A stretch of 36,512 bases of DNA from Methanomicrobiales archaeon (GCA_037137755.1 JBAXJR010000025.1:1-36512), one strand, 5' to 3'. Positions 18,781 to 29,179 are shown, numbered from the stretch's first letter. Notes: a model not told the origin generated them from the sequence alone. Made by a program: numbers and translations.

Positions 18781-18999
18781 ATGAGAACACCGGACACGAT
18801 CAGGCTTATAGCCGGATTGTCCGCAATGGCATTTCTTACAATCATAACTCTTAAGACCGCAACATGGTATGGCCTGCCCGATTCCTGGTTGGTCACAATA
18901 CCCATTTTCGCAGGGGTATTTCTCTTCGCCGCAGGTGCCGTGCTCGCCAGAAACTACCGGATAAGACCGGAACATTCCTCAGAAGAACAGATTCAGTAG
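18781..18999 (+). CDS. Small membrane protein with two TM helices
   Basis: AGGTGA RBS before ATG; two hydrophobic helices. Confidence 0.68.
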   Translation: MRTPDTIRLIAGLSAMAFLTIITLKTATWYGLPDSWLVTIPIFAGVFLFAAGAVLARNYRIRPEHSSEEQIQ

Positions 19000-19180
19000 T
19001 AGTGTACGATCAAAAAAATGTCCGGGGCATTGGTCTGCCCCGTTCCTTTTCAGTGGGATCTGCAATTTTGTTTTATAATACAAGCTGACCAATACAATAT
19101 CAAAAAATAATATACGATAGAGTTGCAGAGAACCTGAAGCGTGGTAATTATTATGGAAAACAATGGTACGTGATAATCAT

Positions 19181-19564
19181 ATGAAAGAGTGGATCAAAGG
19201 AACCCTGGGACTCGGCTTAATCCTCTGGCTTTTCGGGTATCTTACATCGATGGTGCTGTTCTTTTCGCCGTTTTCCAGTATAATGGGCTGGATTATTACC
19301 GCCATATTCACCCCGGTTACTATCGTGGTTAGCTGGTGGTGGTTCCGGACGAGGACCCTTACCCTTACCGATTACCTGCTGGTGGGAGGATTATGGACTG
19401 TAATTGCAGTTGTGTTCGACTACCTGTTCATCGTTAAGCTGCTCAGTGCCACGTATTACGGTACCGATGTGTTCGTATACTACATCCTTACATTCCTGAT
19501 CCCTATCGGAGTCGGACTGTACCTGATAAGGACCCAATCGAAGCAATCGACAAAACAGGATTGA
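19181..19564 (+). CDS. Hypothetical membrane protein with four TM helices
   Basis: Four hydrophobic segments; alternative start at 19163. Confidence 0.8.
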   Translation: MKEWIKGTLGLGLILWLFGYLTSMVLFFSPFSSIMGWIITAIFTPVTIVVSWWWFRTRTLTLTDYLLVGGLWTVIAVVFDYLFIVKLLSATYYGTDVFVYYILTFLIPIGVGLYLIRTQSKQSTKQD

Positions 19565-19777
19565 ATAGAGATATGAAACAGGATACATCGCCCCCGTGTA
19601 ATGGAATATTTCAAGGAACTGCCTGATAACGAAAACAGTTTGATATACTCTTTTTACACATCTTTTTTTTTAAATTTATTGCTGACCATATTTTCAAGAT
19701 TTTTAAAAAATCAGCACACATTTGACGGTCATAGCCAACTGGATTATTGTCTTTTTAGAATAAATCGGTCTACAAAA

Positions 19778-20524
19778 TCAGGAGTTAATGGCGGAATAGA
19801 GATCAATTATCCGATTAAGTGTTTTCCAGCCTTTATCAGTAATAATATAATCCCCTCTTTCATGTCGCTGAAGGATCATTCCTGTATCGGTGAGTTTTTT
19901 AATGTGGAATAACAGGTTTCCGCCACGGAGTCCGGTCAACTGTGAAAGTTCTGAAAAGGTTCGGGTCTGCCCGGTAAGGGATTTCAATATCTGGAACCGC
20001 TGGACATTAGCTACAGGCTCAAGGATATTTCTGACCAGGTCGTCATCAGATATAACGGCACATATTGGATTTTCCTTATTTGAACGTTCATAGATCCCAA
20101 GCGACTTGACGAGATCAACCTGTTTTTCAAAGAGCCTGCTAACTTCCTGGAAACAGGTATCACAGCGTTCAAATGGGCCTTTTTTTCTCATGCCCTTCAA
20201 TTGTTCCCGAAACGATACAACGAGATCTTCGCTTACCCGTTCATCTTTGATATGTTTCGCAGAGGCCTGTAAAAATTCCATAAATACTGCAAAACAACTT
20301 TCCTGCATTTTACAATCAGGAACCATATTTTTCGATAATTCTGTATTTGCTGTATCGACATGGTGGTTCACGAAAAGGTTTGCATAATTGTTTTTCAGAT
20401 CGCTTACTACAGCCTGGATGTTCTGTGTGTTCGCATTTTCGATAAAGCGTTTTAATTCATTCCGAAGACCGTTGATTTCGGTTTTTATTTCATTTAATTG
20501 AGATGCCGATGATGTACCTGCCAT
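19778..20524 (-). CDS. ArsR-like winged-helix regulator with Cys-rich N-terminal domain
   Basis: C-terminal RFQILKSL...TFSELSQLTGLRGGNLLFHIKKL...YIITDKG; N-terminal C-x5-C and CxxC. Confidence 0.88.
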   Translation of the reverse strand: MAGTSSASQLNEIKTEINGLRNELKRFIENANTQNIQAVVSDLKNNYANLFVNHHVDTANTELSKNMVPDCKMQESCFAVFMEFLQASAKHIKDERVSEDLVVSFREQLKGMRKKGPFERCDTCFQEVSRLFEKQVDLVKSLGIYERSNKENPICAVISDDDLVRNILEPVANVQRFQILKSLTGQTRTFSELSQLTGLRGGNLLFHIKKLTDTGMILQRHERGDYIITDKGWKTLNRIIDLYSAINS

Positions 20525-20663
20525 TCATGCCTCGTTACTCTCATGGTTCGTGGTTCAACAATATTACTGTAAAGGTCATGCAACTGTAGTAGATTTACTT
20601 AGTATATTTTTATGACGCTCACGTATATATCACAAACCGATCCAGTATGTGTTGGTAAGAACC

Positions 20664-20909
20664 ATGACACAATCTGTAAAAGACCAGCTCCATGCGCAAA
20701 TCACAGGAGCACTCAAAGGCGCAAAATTTCCTATCAAGACCCCAGCAGACCTCATTGCAGCATTTCCAATGGGTGCAGACACAACCTGCCAGGTAGGGGC
20801 TGTGAAGATGACCGCCGGAGAAGCAGGAAAGCTATTGACCGCCAGCGACTTCCCCTTCAAGAGTGCGGATAGCGTCGCTGACACAATTCTTTCCCGTGCA
20901 GGGATGTAA
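20664..20909 (+). CDS. MTH865-family protein
   Basis: ALKGAKFPIKTPADLIAAFPMGADTTC...DFPFKSA signature. Confidence 0.9.
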   Translation: MTQSVKDQLHAQITGALKGAKFPIKTPADLIAAFPMGADTTCQVGAVKMTAGEAGKLLTASDFPFKSADSVADTILSRAGM

Positions 20910-21006
20910 TTTAGAGGATAACTATCCTCTCCTGCAATGGCTGGAATTATTTTTATGAAAATTAAAGGATAGATTCATGCGAAGACGACCGCCCAGAGGG
21001 GAATGT

Positions 21007-21960
21007 TTAATCCGCAAACCTGCCCTTATTGCTTCGATCTCCCGTGGAGATGATATTTACATGACTTTTTTGCAGTTTCACCTCAAGGGATAACTTCATC
21101 CGGTCCATCGTATCCTGGACCTCCCACATAAGCAGGTCTCCCCTGAACTCTAAGAAAATATCAATGTATATGCTCCCCCCGCTCCGCCTCGATTTGATCC
21201 CGTGGATCTGTTCATAATTATGAAAATGTTCTGCCAGTTCGCTAATCACGACGAGTTGCAGTTCCTCTTCAAGGGTCTGGTCCAGAAGGTCCGGGAGTGA
21301 TGAAAGGATCATCCGCAGCCCGGAATAGAGAAGAATTCCCATGATCGCAAATGAGGCAACCGGGTCGATATACACAGCCCACGGGAGGCCTGCACAGAGA
21401 ATTGCGAGTACCAGGGTGAGGACGACCACGATATTTGCAACAGCTTTCAGGCGGAAGAGGCGCCACTGGGAATCCATGAGGGGAGACGGTTCACGCTGGG
21501 CAAGCCGGTAATTTTTCAGGGAGAGAAAACTGTCGACCACACTCATGACGATGGTAATGTATATCCCGACCTGGACCCCGCCGCTTGCAAGGGATGCCGG
21601 AAAGAAGATCCGGTAGGATGCAGCAAAGATGAGTATGAGAAAGGAGAGTATCATCACGCTGCCGGTGATGATACGTGCAATGTTCTCGAATTTTCCCATG
21701 CCGTAATCATAGATGCCACGATCGCCACGTGCAATCCTACGTGCAATCAGCCATGAGATACACACGCCAATGGCTTCGTTAACCGTTTTCATGGCGGAAG
21801 CATAAAGTGTGACAGAACCAGAGAGACCAGCTGCTATGATCTTAGGGAGGGCAGGAGCACTCGCTACAAGAAGGTTGAGGAGAAGGGCAGATGCCCGTTC
21901 CTTCTCTGCAGTATGGATGGCACCATCCTCTCCCTGTGATGACTTCCTGCCGTTGTTCAT
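21007..21960 (-). CDS. Cation diffusion facilitator family transporter with atypical metal site
   Basis: Six TM helices, YDYGMGKFE, YIDPVAS, DLLD and cytoplasmic domain KSRRSGGSIYIDI. Confidence 0.87.
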   Translation of the reverse strand: MNNGRKSSQGEDGAIHTAEKERASALLLNLLVASAPALPKIIAAGLSGSVTLYASAMKTVNEAIGVCISWLIARRIARGDRGIYDYGMGKFENIARIITGSVMILSFLILIFAASYRIFFPASLASGGVQVGIYITIVMSVVDSFLSLKNYRLAQREPSPLMDSQWRLFRLKAVANIVVVLTLVLAILCAGLPWAVYIDPVASFAIMGILLYSGLRMILSSLPDLLDQTLEEELQLVVISELAEHFHNYEQIHGIKSRRSGGSIYIDIFLEFRGDLLMWEVQDTMDRMKLSLEVKLQKSHVNIISTGDRSNKGRFAD

Positions 21961-22236
21961 GATCTCATCATTGTTGTCTTCTTCGCAAATATTCTCTTCC
22001 CGAGAGTGAGAATTCGCTTTCTATTCGTGTCGTGTCTTTCTTCCAGGGTTGTTGAAATTTGTAATTCTAATTTCCGGGTTGTACCCCATGCCCATCAATA
22101 TTTCGGAACATGATTTGTAATAAAAATACACACCAAGAATGGTGTAATATTTTAAAGAATCAATATTTTCCAATAAACTGGTTTAAAGCCCGGTAAAAAG
22201 CATTATCAGGCCTATTTAACTCCGATAAGACTATAT

Positions 22237-24351
22237 TTAGGAATCCTTTGATATCTTCCGGAATTTGCCTGCAGGGACGAATATCTCAAAACGGGCCCCG
22301 GCACCAGGTTCGCCGGTTTCTCGTATGGAAATATTCGTGATAGACAGGATTTCCTGCGTTAAAAACAGGCTGAATCCGTTTATTTTGCCGAAATCATGTT
22401 TAAATATACTTTCCTTCTCTTTCTCCGGGACTCCAACCCCATTATCTTCATAGATAACCTTGAGTCCCGTGCCAGTTTCATGGGTCGAGAGCCTTATTTC
22501 AGTAACATGCTGCCCATGGACAATGGAATTACTGACGAGGTTACACAATGCCTTTTCGAAGAGTGGATCTACAAAAATCTCGACCGGTTGGATATCGATC
22601 ACTTGTTTCAAGGGTAGCATATCAAGATGGGAGATAGCATACTTAAAGCTGATAAGGAGGTCCTGCCACCGGGCGTTCTTGATTCCCAGTTCCTGGTAGT
22701 CGCCGGTAAATTCAATTTGCGATAAAATCGTTTTTGCTGATTTTTCAATTTTATCCGTCATCAGTTTTATATCCGTTTCATCTTTCTTGTGCTTCGATAG
22801 CTCGATATAACCGAATAGAACGGACAGCTGGTTCTTAATGTCGTTCCGGGTGATGGCACTCAGCAGCTGGAGTTTCTTCGTTACCGCCATGAGACTGGCT
22901 TCGTAGTTCTTATGATCGGTGATATCCCTTGCAATACAAAAGAAACCCGGAACTTTCCCTTCACCGATATCTGACTGCTGGGCGCTCACTTCGAATGTGT
23001 ATTTCCTGTCATCCGGACCATTTATTTCCAGTTCAAAGATGTGTGTACCTTCCTCATCCGGATTTACCGTGACACCGTTTAAAAGAACTTCTTTAAAATC
23101 CTCCCGGGTTCCGCACGTGGTAATGAAAGACAATGGTTGACCAACAAACAACCTTGCCTGTAAGGTATCGGCAAAGTGTCTGAGGCGCCTGTTGTAGGAA
23201 AGAAGTATCCCTACCTCATTGATAGAGAAGATGCAGTCATTTGCATTATTCAAGAGGTTTGCATACCGGCTCTCACTTTCTGAAAGCTTCTCCCGGGACT
23301 GGTCGAGGGAGGACAGCATCATGTTTACGGATTCAGCCAGCGATGTGATCTCGTCATTTCCCCGTGGAATTACACGCTCTTTTGGATTACCGTGTGCACC
23401 AATTTGCTGGACTTCCCGGTTCAGGCCGGTAATCCTTGAAATCACGCTATACTCAAGCAGGATGAGAACTACAGCCTCAAAAATAATTCCGACGATCAAC
23501 AGGGACAGCAGGATGTAATTCAGGGAGGCCTGCCCGTACTGGTGGATCGGTCTTGGAGAGGTTACTTCGAGGAAATATCGGGGGGACCCGCTTATATCCG
23601 TAAGAATGTGGTATCCGGCAATCGTTGTGTCAGATATGGGGGTAATCGTTGTATCACCATTCTCCATAGAGGCGGTACTGCTCCCCTGCGGCATCGGATC
23701 GGTCCCTAGCCTGTGAATGGTGACCTGGAATCCCAGGACATTCGATATTTCTCCCAGTGTTGTCGTATCGAGGTTCCGGCCAATGAAAATATACCCGGTT
23801 GTCGTATTCCCGTCAGGACTTGTTACGGGACGGACCGCGATCAACATCGGACCCGACTCAAGATTCAGGATACCGGATCTCTGGCCCAGCGTAGATACTG
23901 GTAATGCCTCGATCCGGTTAAGAAGACTTCGCGGGGTCGGTAGCTGCTGCGATGATTCAAGACTGAAATATTTGTGGGCAATGACATGCCCGCTGGCATC
24001 GAGAATAACCAGCACATTCACTTTCGTGCTCGAAAATTTTTCATCAGGGTACCGGGACAGAATTGTGGAGCTGCCTGGTGAAGCAAGGATACTACGAGTA
24101 TCTTCCGACCCGGCCCATGCCTGTGCAACCGTATCGAGGCGACCCGTCTGGTCCTGGATTACAATTAATGACCTGTTGACTTCATCAACCATTGACTGTT
24201 GTTCAACAGCCGTAAACCCCCCCATCACCTGGACCTGTGAAACGAGAAGAACCGCAATAAGGAGCCCGACAAATGTAGCAGAAATGATAATAAACGTTAA
24301 AAACTGCAGCGAGTTTTTTTTCTTGTTTGCGTTTCCCTTATCCTTTTTCAT
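22237..24351 (-). CDS. CHASE4-HAMP-PAS histidine kinase-like protein lacking the phosphoacceptor His
   Basis: TM, extracytoplasmic WA...T...GYIFIGR domain, TM, HAMP (GNDEITSLA), PAS, H-box ITRNDIKNQL, HATPase. Confidence 0.88.
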   Translation of the reverse strand: MKKDKGNANKKKNSLQFLTFIIISATFVGLLIAVLLVSQVQVMGGFTAVEQQSMVDEVNRSLIVIQDQTGRLDTVAQAWAGSEDTRSILASPGSSTILSRYPDEKFSSTKVNVLVILDASGHVIAHKYFSLESSQQLPTPRSLLNRIEALPVSTLGQRSGILNLESGPMLIAVRPVTSPDGNTTTGYIFIGRNLDTTTLGEISNVLGFQVTIHRLGTDPMPQGSSTASMENGDTTITPISDTTIAGYHILTDISGSPRYFLEVTSPRPIHQYGQASLNYILLSLLIVGIIFEAVVLILLEYSVISRITGLNREVQQIGAHGNPKERVIPRGNDEITSLAESVNMMLSSLDQSREKLSESESRYANLLNNANDCIFSINEVGILLSYNRRLRHFADTLQARLFVGQPLSFITTCGTREDFKEVLLNGVTVNPDEEGTHIFELEINGPDDRKYTFEVSAQQSDIGEGKVPGFFCIARDITDHKNYEASLMAVTKKLQLLSAITRNDIKNQLSVLFGYIELSKHKKDETDIKLMTDKIEKSAKTILSQIEFTGDYQELGIKNARWQDLLISFKYAISHLDMLPLKQVIDIQPVEIFVDPLFEKALCNLVSNSIVHGQHVTEIRLSTHETGTGLKVIYEDNGVGVPEKEKESIFKHDFGKINGFSLFLTQEILSITNISIRETGEPGAGARFEIFVPAGKFRKISKDS

Positions 24352-24422
24352 AGAATCAGCAGCGTCCGGAATCCGAAGATCAGTTGCTCATAACCTTGAA
24401 CTTTATAGTAATTAGAGAATTC

Positions 24423-24465
24423 CAATAGAGAATCTATAGTGATATATTGAATCAATAGACTATGG
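24423..24465. promoter_or_regulatory. Pho-box-like array in the kinase/pstS2 divergent promoter
   Basis: CAATAGAGAATCTATAGTGATATATT closely resembles CTATAGAGTTACTATAGGTGAATATATT at the main pstS; CAATAGACTAT is also found at 17042. Confidence 0.6.
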
Positions 24466-24543
24466 TGCAAAATTTATTGTGTTCCAACGATCAAATGATT
24501 CTCAGGTAATTCTGGACCGCAACGAATTGAAGGAACTTTGAAT

Positions 24544-25557
24544 ATGACGGACGAAACAAAACAGAAGGGACCTCTCCCGGGGAATCTTAAAATTTTGATA
24601 ATTGTAATTATCGCAGCAGTTTTTGTCATGGCAGTTGTTATTGCCATGGTTTTTGTTTCTCCATCAGGCCCAAACGTACATGGGACGAAACCGGTCAGCC
24701 TGAACATTTCAGGTTCAACAACCATCCAGCCGGTTTCGGAATTCCTTGCCAATGCATACATGCAGAACCATCCTGACATCAGGGTCAACGTTGAAGGCGG
24801 TGGATCGGGTGCAGGGATCACGAAAGCCGGCACGGGTCAGATAGATATCGGGTCATCGTCGAGAAATTTAAACCCCGATGAAATTGCAAAATATCCCGAC
24901 CTCCAGACTTTCAAAATCGGCGGCAGTGCGGTGGTTGTCATCGTAAACCGTAATAACCCGGTAAATGAGGCAGATAAGAGCGAACTGCAGGTATTGTATA
25001 ACGATAAATCTGAGGATATTTCGAACCTCCCCAGCCTGGGCAATATCAGATTGACTGTCCAGCGGTCTGATAATTCCGGGACCGAGGAGACATTTGCCCA
25101 GTGGCTTGACCCCAAGTTAACAAACCTGAATGCTGCAATGAATGCAACGGATTATTCTGGTATGGGGCAGGTCAAACCTCTTTCCGTTGAGGGAAATGAA
25201 GGTGTTGTCCAGGCCGTCGCAAAGAATCCAGATGCCATCGGTTTTGCGGATTTCGGTTTTGCGGAACGGGATACCGGAGTAAAAATCCTGAAATTACAGG
25301 AAACTTCATCAGATCCGGCATTACCTCAGGAAATTGCCAATGCAAGGGAACGAATCAGGGAAGAACTGAACCGTGGCGATCAGAATAATACGTACTATAT
25401 ATCCCGCCTTACCCGCCCGCTTCTATATATCACGAAAGGGTCACCATCAACGCTTGAAAATGATTTCATTACCTTCGCCAGGTCAACAGTGGCCGCGAAA
25501 TATTTCGATGATATAGGATATTTCTCCATCACTGAATTCAGTACTTCAGCGAAATGA
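24544..25557 (+). CDS. pstS: Second phosphate-binding protein with N-terminal TM anchor
   Basis: SGSTTIQP, GGGSGAG, SSSR, RSDNSGT and DAIGF; no lipobox Cys. Confidence 0.88.
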   Translation: MTDETKQKGPLPGNLKILIIVIIAAVFVMAVVIAMVFVSPSGPNVHGTKPVSLNISGSTTIQPVSEFLANAYMQNHPDIRVNVEGGGSGAGITKAGTGQIDIGSSSRNLNPDEIAKYPDLQTFKIGGSAVVVIVNRNNPVNEADKSELQVLYNDKSEDISNLPSLGNIRLTVQRSDNSGTEETFAQWLDPKLTNLNAAMNATDYSGMGQVKPLSVEGNEGVVQAVAKNPDAIGFADFGFAERDTGVKILKLQETSSDPALPQEIANARERIREELNRGDQNNTYYISRLTRPLLYITKGSPSTLENDFITFARSTVAAKYFDDIGYFSITEFSTSAK

Positions 25558-25558
25558 C

Positions 25559-25588
25559 CTGGTCCCACTTTTTTGGGGCCGGATTTTT
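25559..25588 (+). terminator. Hairpin plus T-run after pstS2
   Basis: CTGGTCCCA-CTTTTT-TGGGGCCGG followed by ATTTTT. Confidence 0.5.
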
Positions 25589-25650
25589 AAACTGGATATA
25601 GGACCCTCTGGAAAAAATTCATCCGTTCTGCAGGAAATAGTTGTGTTAGA

Positions 25651-26917
25651 ATGTTCCGGCAAAAGCTCTTTTCCCGTCTCAAAATATCCCTTCTTGCCGT
25701 GTTTATCTGCACCCTTGCAGTAATGACTATTTTCGAGTTAGTTAAACAAACCCTGAATCCGGATATCACCGTTTGGCAATCGCATATTGTAACTATCCTG
25801 TCACGAGTGTCCTCGCGCTTATCATCGCTTATTTCACGTTCGAGTCCATTCATGAAGCCCACCGGAAGGCATCGGAAGAACTTGAAAAGAGGATTGCCAC
25901 TGAGGACCTCCTTGTCAAATCGGAAGCTCGGCTCCGCACATTTATTGAGTCGGCAGATGAATCGATCTATACAGTTGACAGCACGGGGAAATACCTATTG
26001 ATGAATACCCGCTACCTCAACCGACTGGGTATTTTACCAGAGGAATTTGAGGGAAAATCCTATGCCGATCTTCATTCACATGAAGATTCCGATAGATTTT
26101 CGACCCTTCTTGAAAAAGTCATTACTAACCGGCTTCCAGTTCAGGATGAATATGAACGTGCGGAAAAATCGTACATACGTCAGTTAAATCCGGTTGTCGA
26201 CCCTTTGACGGATGAAGTTGTAGCAATAACCGTGATTTCAAATGATATAACAGAGCGTAAAAGGGTTGAGAATGCACTCCGCCAGGCCAACAGAAAACTC
26301 AATCTGCTTTCTACTATCACCCGGCACGATATTAACAACCAGCTCACCGTGCTCATCGGATACCTTCACCTTTTCGATAAGGGGGGCCATGATCCCACCT
26401 CAATGAATATTTAGCGAGATCCATCAACGCAGCCGGGCAAATCTCAGACATGATCCGTTTCACTGAGGAATACGAAAAGATTGGTGTTCAGGCCCCTGTA
26501 TGGCAGAATTGCCACGGATTAGTGGAGAATGCCACTGCGGCAGCTCCACTGGGGAAGATGTTTGTTATGAATGATATCCCGGTATAGGCAGATGTATTCG
26601 CCGATCCACTCATAACAAAGATATTTTACAACCTGATAGACAATGCCGGACGATACGGGGGGACGATTACGATGATGCGTTTTTCTGTAACGGAACGTGA
26701 TGGCGATCAGATTCTCATGTACGAAGACGACGGTAAAGGAATACCCGCAGAAGAGAAGGAGAGAATTTTCGAACGGGGATTTGGCAAAAACACCGGCCTC
26801 GGGCTATTTCTATCCCGGGAGATCCTGTCCATCACCGGCATTACCATTAAGGAAACGGGAGAGCCGGGAAAAGGGGCTCGGTTCGAAATGACCATTCCAA
26901 AAGGGATGTACCGATAA
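25651..26917 (+). pseudogene. Disrupted membrane PAS histidine kinase
   Basis: Frameshift near 25800, frameshift near 26395 (other frame continues LNEYLARSINAAGQISDMIRFTEEYEKIG) and in-frame TAG at 26585-26587; H-box RHDINNQL and HATPase end are paralogous to 7739-9409. Confidence 0.88.
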
Positions 26918-27077
26918 TCGTTTTTAATTCCAGCTGTAAAGGGCATTAAAACAAGACATTACCATGCAGGTATCCAAGTTTTAACCATCAATTGTTAATC
27001 ATATGTATCAGATCGCAATTTACCTAGCAATTTCTGATTTAGAACATTAAATCTCTCTTTTTCTGGTATCTATTCTT

Positions 27078-27127
27078 CTATAGAGAGTATATTGTATCCT
27101 ATATTCTAATGCGAAAAAGGGTATAAA
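27078..27127 (+). promoter_or_regulatory. Candidate Pho box plus BRE/TATA of the pst operon
   Basis: CTATAG-N16-TATATT at 27078-27105, then CGAAAAAGGG-TATAAA with TATA at 27122. Confidence 0.7.
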
Positions 27128-27224
27128 CCAGCCCTGCCTAGTGAGTAACAGAATATGGCGCCGGGTATGTTACATGTTAAAATTATTACCACACACCTGC
27201 GGGCAGATGGCGGGGTGATGTGCT

Positions 27225-29174
27225 GTGGCTGAAGACAAATCCTCACCCTCTCTGCAGGTTTTCAAACCTGCCGCAAGGAATATCAAAGAAGGCATGATGA
27301 CCTCATTATGGTTCATATGCGCCGTATTTGCCGTCGTGGTAGTTTGTTTTATCCTCGTATTCCTGCTCTACAATGGCTACCCGGCGTTTTCTACCATCGG
27401 GCTTCCCGATTTCCTTTTTGGAGACACATGGAGTCCAACCGGAAACCCACCTCTTTATGGTATTTATCCACTCATCATTGATACCCTGCTTGTCATGGCC
27501 CTTGCCATGCTGATTGCAATACCCCTTGGTATTGCGAGCGCAATCTACATCAGCGAACTGGCGCATAAAAAAGTCAAGGCTGTTGTGAAACCCGCTGTTG
27601 AACTTCTCGCCGGTATCCCATCTGTTGTGTTCGGGTTCTTTGGGCTTGTTGTACTGACCGAGCTGCTCCGCGTATCGTTTGATGTCCCGAGTGGTGAATG
27701 CTGGCTGGCTGGTTCAATCCTCCTCGGGATAATGGCACTTCCCACAATCATCAGTGTATCAGAAGACGCCATCAGTTCCGTTCCAAAGGAATTCCGAGAA
27801 GGCTCTCTCGCAACTGGTGCAACAAAATGGCAGACAATCAGCAGGGTAGTCGTTCCTGCTGCACTTTCCGGAATTACTGCAGCAGTTATCCTCGGGATCG
27901 GGCGGGCCATAGGAGAGACGATGGCTGTCCTGATGGTAACCGGTAATGCCGCAGTGATTCCATCCCCGATCTGGAACGTCCTTTCCCCGGTCAGGACCCT
28001 GACCGCAACCCTCGGTATTGAAATGGGGGAGGTAGCAGTGGGAAGCCTCCATTATAGTGCCCTTTTTGGTATTGCGGTCGTATTGCTTATTATTACCCTC
28101 GTCATAAACCTGACCGCCTACAAGATCCTCGGGCGGATCAGGGCAGGACAGACCGGTGTCGGGGCGGGTGGCAGAAAGTACCTGTCCCATAAAACAGCAG
28201 ACTCCCTGAAAAAATATGGACTGTATGTGATTGTTGCTCTTACACTCCTGTTTGTCTTTATTGCGGCCGGACTGATTGCAGGGCTTGTATGTATTCTTGC
28301 TGTAATCCTGTGGTATGTACTGAGGGAGAAACTGAACCAGCGCCAGGTGCAGAAAGCTGCGTTCAGCATTTTATGGATTGCAATCGGTGCTGTATTAGTT
28401 ATTCTTGGGTGTATTATTGCCGATATCGTAATCAATGGCCTTCCTGCTATCAGCTGGGAGTTCCTTACCACGGCGCCTAAGAACCTGGGAAGGGACGGCG
28501 GAATTGCACCTGCAATAGTCGGTACTTTCTACCTGGTCCTCGGTGCAATTCTCATTGCATTACCTCTCGGCATTGGTGCTGCAATCTACCTCAACGAGTA
28601 TACCCGCGAAGGCCGGATTACCCGGACGATCCGGACAGGTGTTGACCTGTTAAACGGCACCCCCTCAATTGTCTTTGGGTTGTTCGGGTTCGCATTCCTT
28701 GTCCTCTATCTCAAATTCGGTGTTTCCCTCCTCGCAGGGCAGGTGACACTTGCCCTGATGGTACTCCCCACCATGATCAGGACTGCCGAGGAATCGCTGA
28801 AAAATGTCCCGATGTCAGTGCGGGAAGGGAGTCTTGCACTTGGTGCCACAAAATGGCAGACTGTGAGGAGTGTCGTGCTGCCACCTGCGGTCCCGGGAAT
28901 TATCACCGGAACGATTCTTTCAATCGGGCGGGCAGCAGGCGAGACGGCCCCGATCCTGTTCACGGCGGTGGTGTTTTCATCAAGAACGCTTCCAACCTCT
29001 GAATTTGAACCGGTAATGGCTCTCCCTTACCACCTGTACATCCTTTCAACGAATGTCCCCGGAGCCACGACGAACCAGTACGGGACTGCACTGGTGCTCC
29101 TGATTCTTGTAATCGGGTTCTACCTTGCCGCAATTATCGTGAGACGACACTACCATATGAAAATCCGATGGTGA
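27225..29174 (+). CDS. pstA: Phosphate ABC permease, PstC-PstA fusion
   Basis: Two permease units ([12 protein letters not shown]...[10 protein letters not shown] and [10 protein letters not shown]...GRAAGETAP) in one frame; GTG start. Confidence 0.93.
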   Translation: MAEDKSSPSLQVFKPAARNIKEGMMTSLWFICAVFAVVVVCFILVFLLYNGYPAFSTIGLPDFLFGDTWSPTGNPPLYGIYPLIIDTLLVMALAMLIAIPLGIASAIYISELAHKKVKAVVKPAVELLAGIPSVVFGFFGLVVLTELLRVSFDVPSGECWLAGSILLGIMALPTIISVSEDAISSVPKEFREGSLATGATKWQTISRVVVPAALSGITAAVILGIGRAIGETMAVLMVTGNAAVIPSPIWNVLSPVRTLTATLGIEMGEVAVGSLHYSALFGIAVVLLIITLVINLTAYKILGRIRAGQTGVGAGGRKYLSHKTADSLKKYGLYVIVALTLLFVFIAAGLIAGLVCILAVILWYVLREKLNQRQVQKAAFSILWIAIGAVLVILGCIIADIVINGLPAISWEFLTTAPKNLGRDGGIAPAIVGTFYLVLGAILIALPLGIGAAIYLNEYTREGRITRTIRTGVDLLNGTPSIVFGLFGFAFLVLYLKFGVSLLAGQVTLALMVLPTMIRTAEESLKNVPMSVREGSLALGATKWQTVRSVVLPPAVPGIITGTILSIGRAAGETAPILFTAVVFSSRTLPTSEFEPVMALPYHLYILSTNVPGATTNQYGTALVLLILVIGFYLAAIIVRRHYHMKIRW

Positions 29175-29179
29175 TTCAC

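Noticed and set aside
23717-24415. 232-aa plus-strand ORF and the many other antisense ORFs in the track
   Set aside because: They are shadows of well-supported genes on the opposite strand and have no motifs.
18452-26587. Three in-frame TAG codons (18452, 22021, 26585) as pyrrolysine readthrough
   Set aside because: TAG is a normal stop here (pstB, phoU, arsC), two of the cases lie in genes with other lesions, and no pyl genes are in the window.
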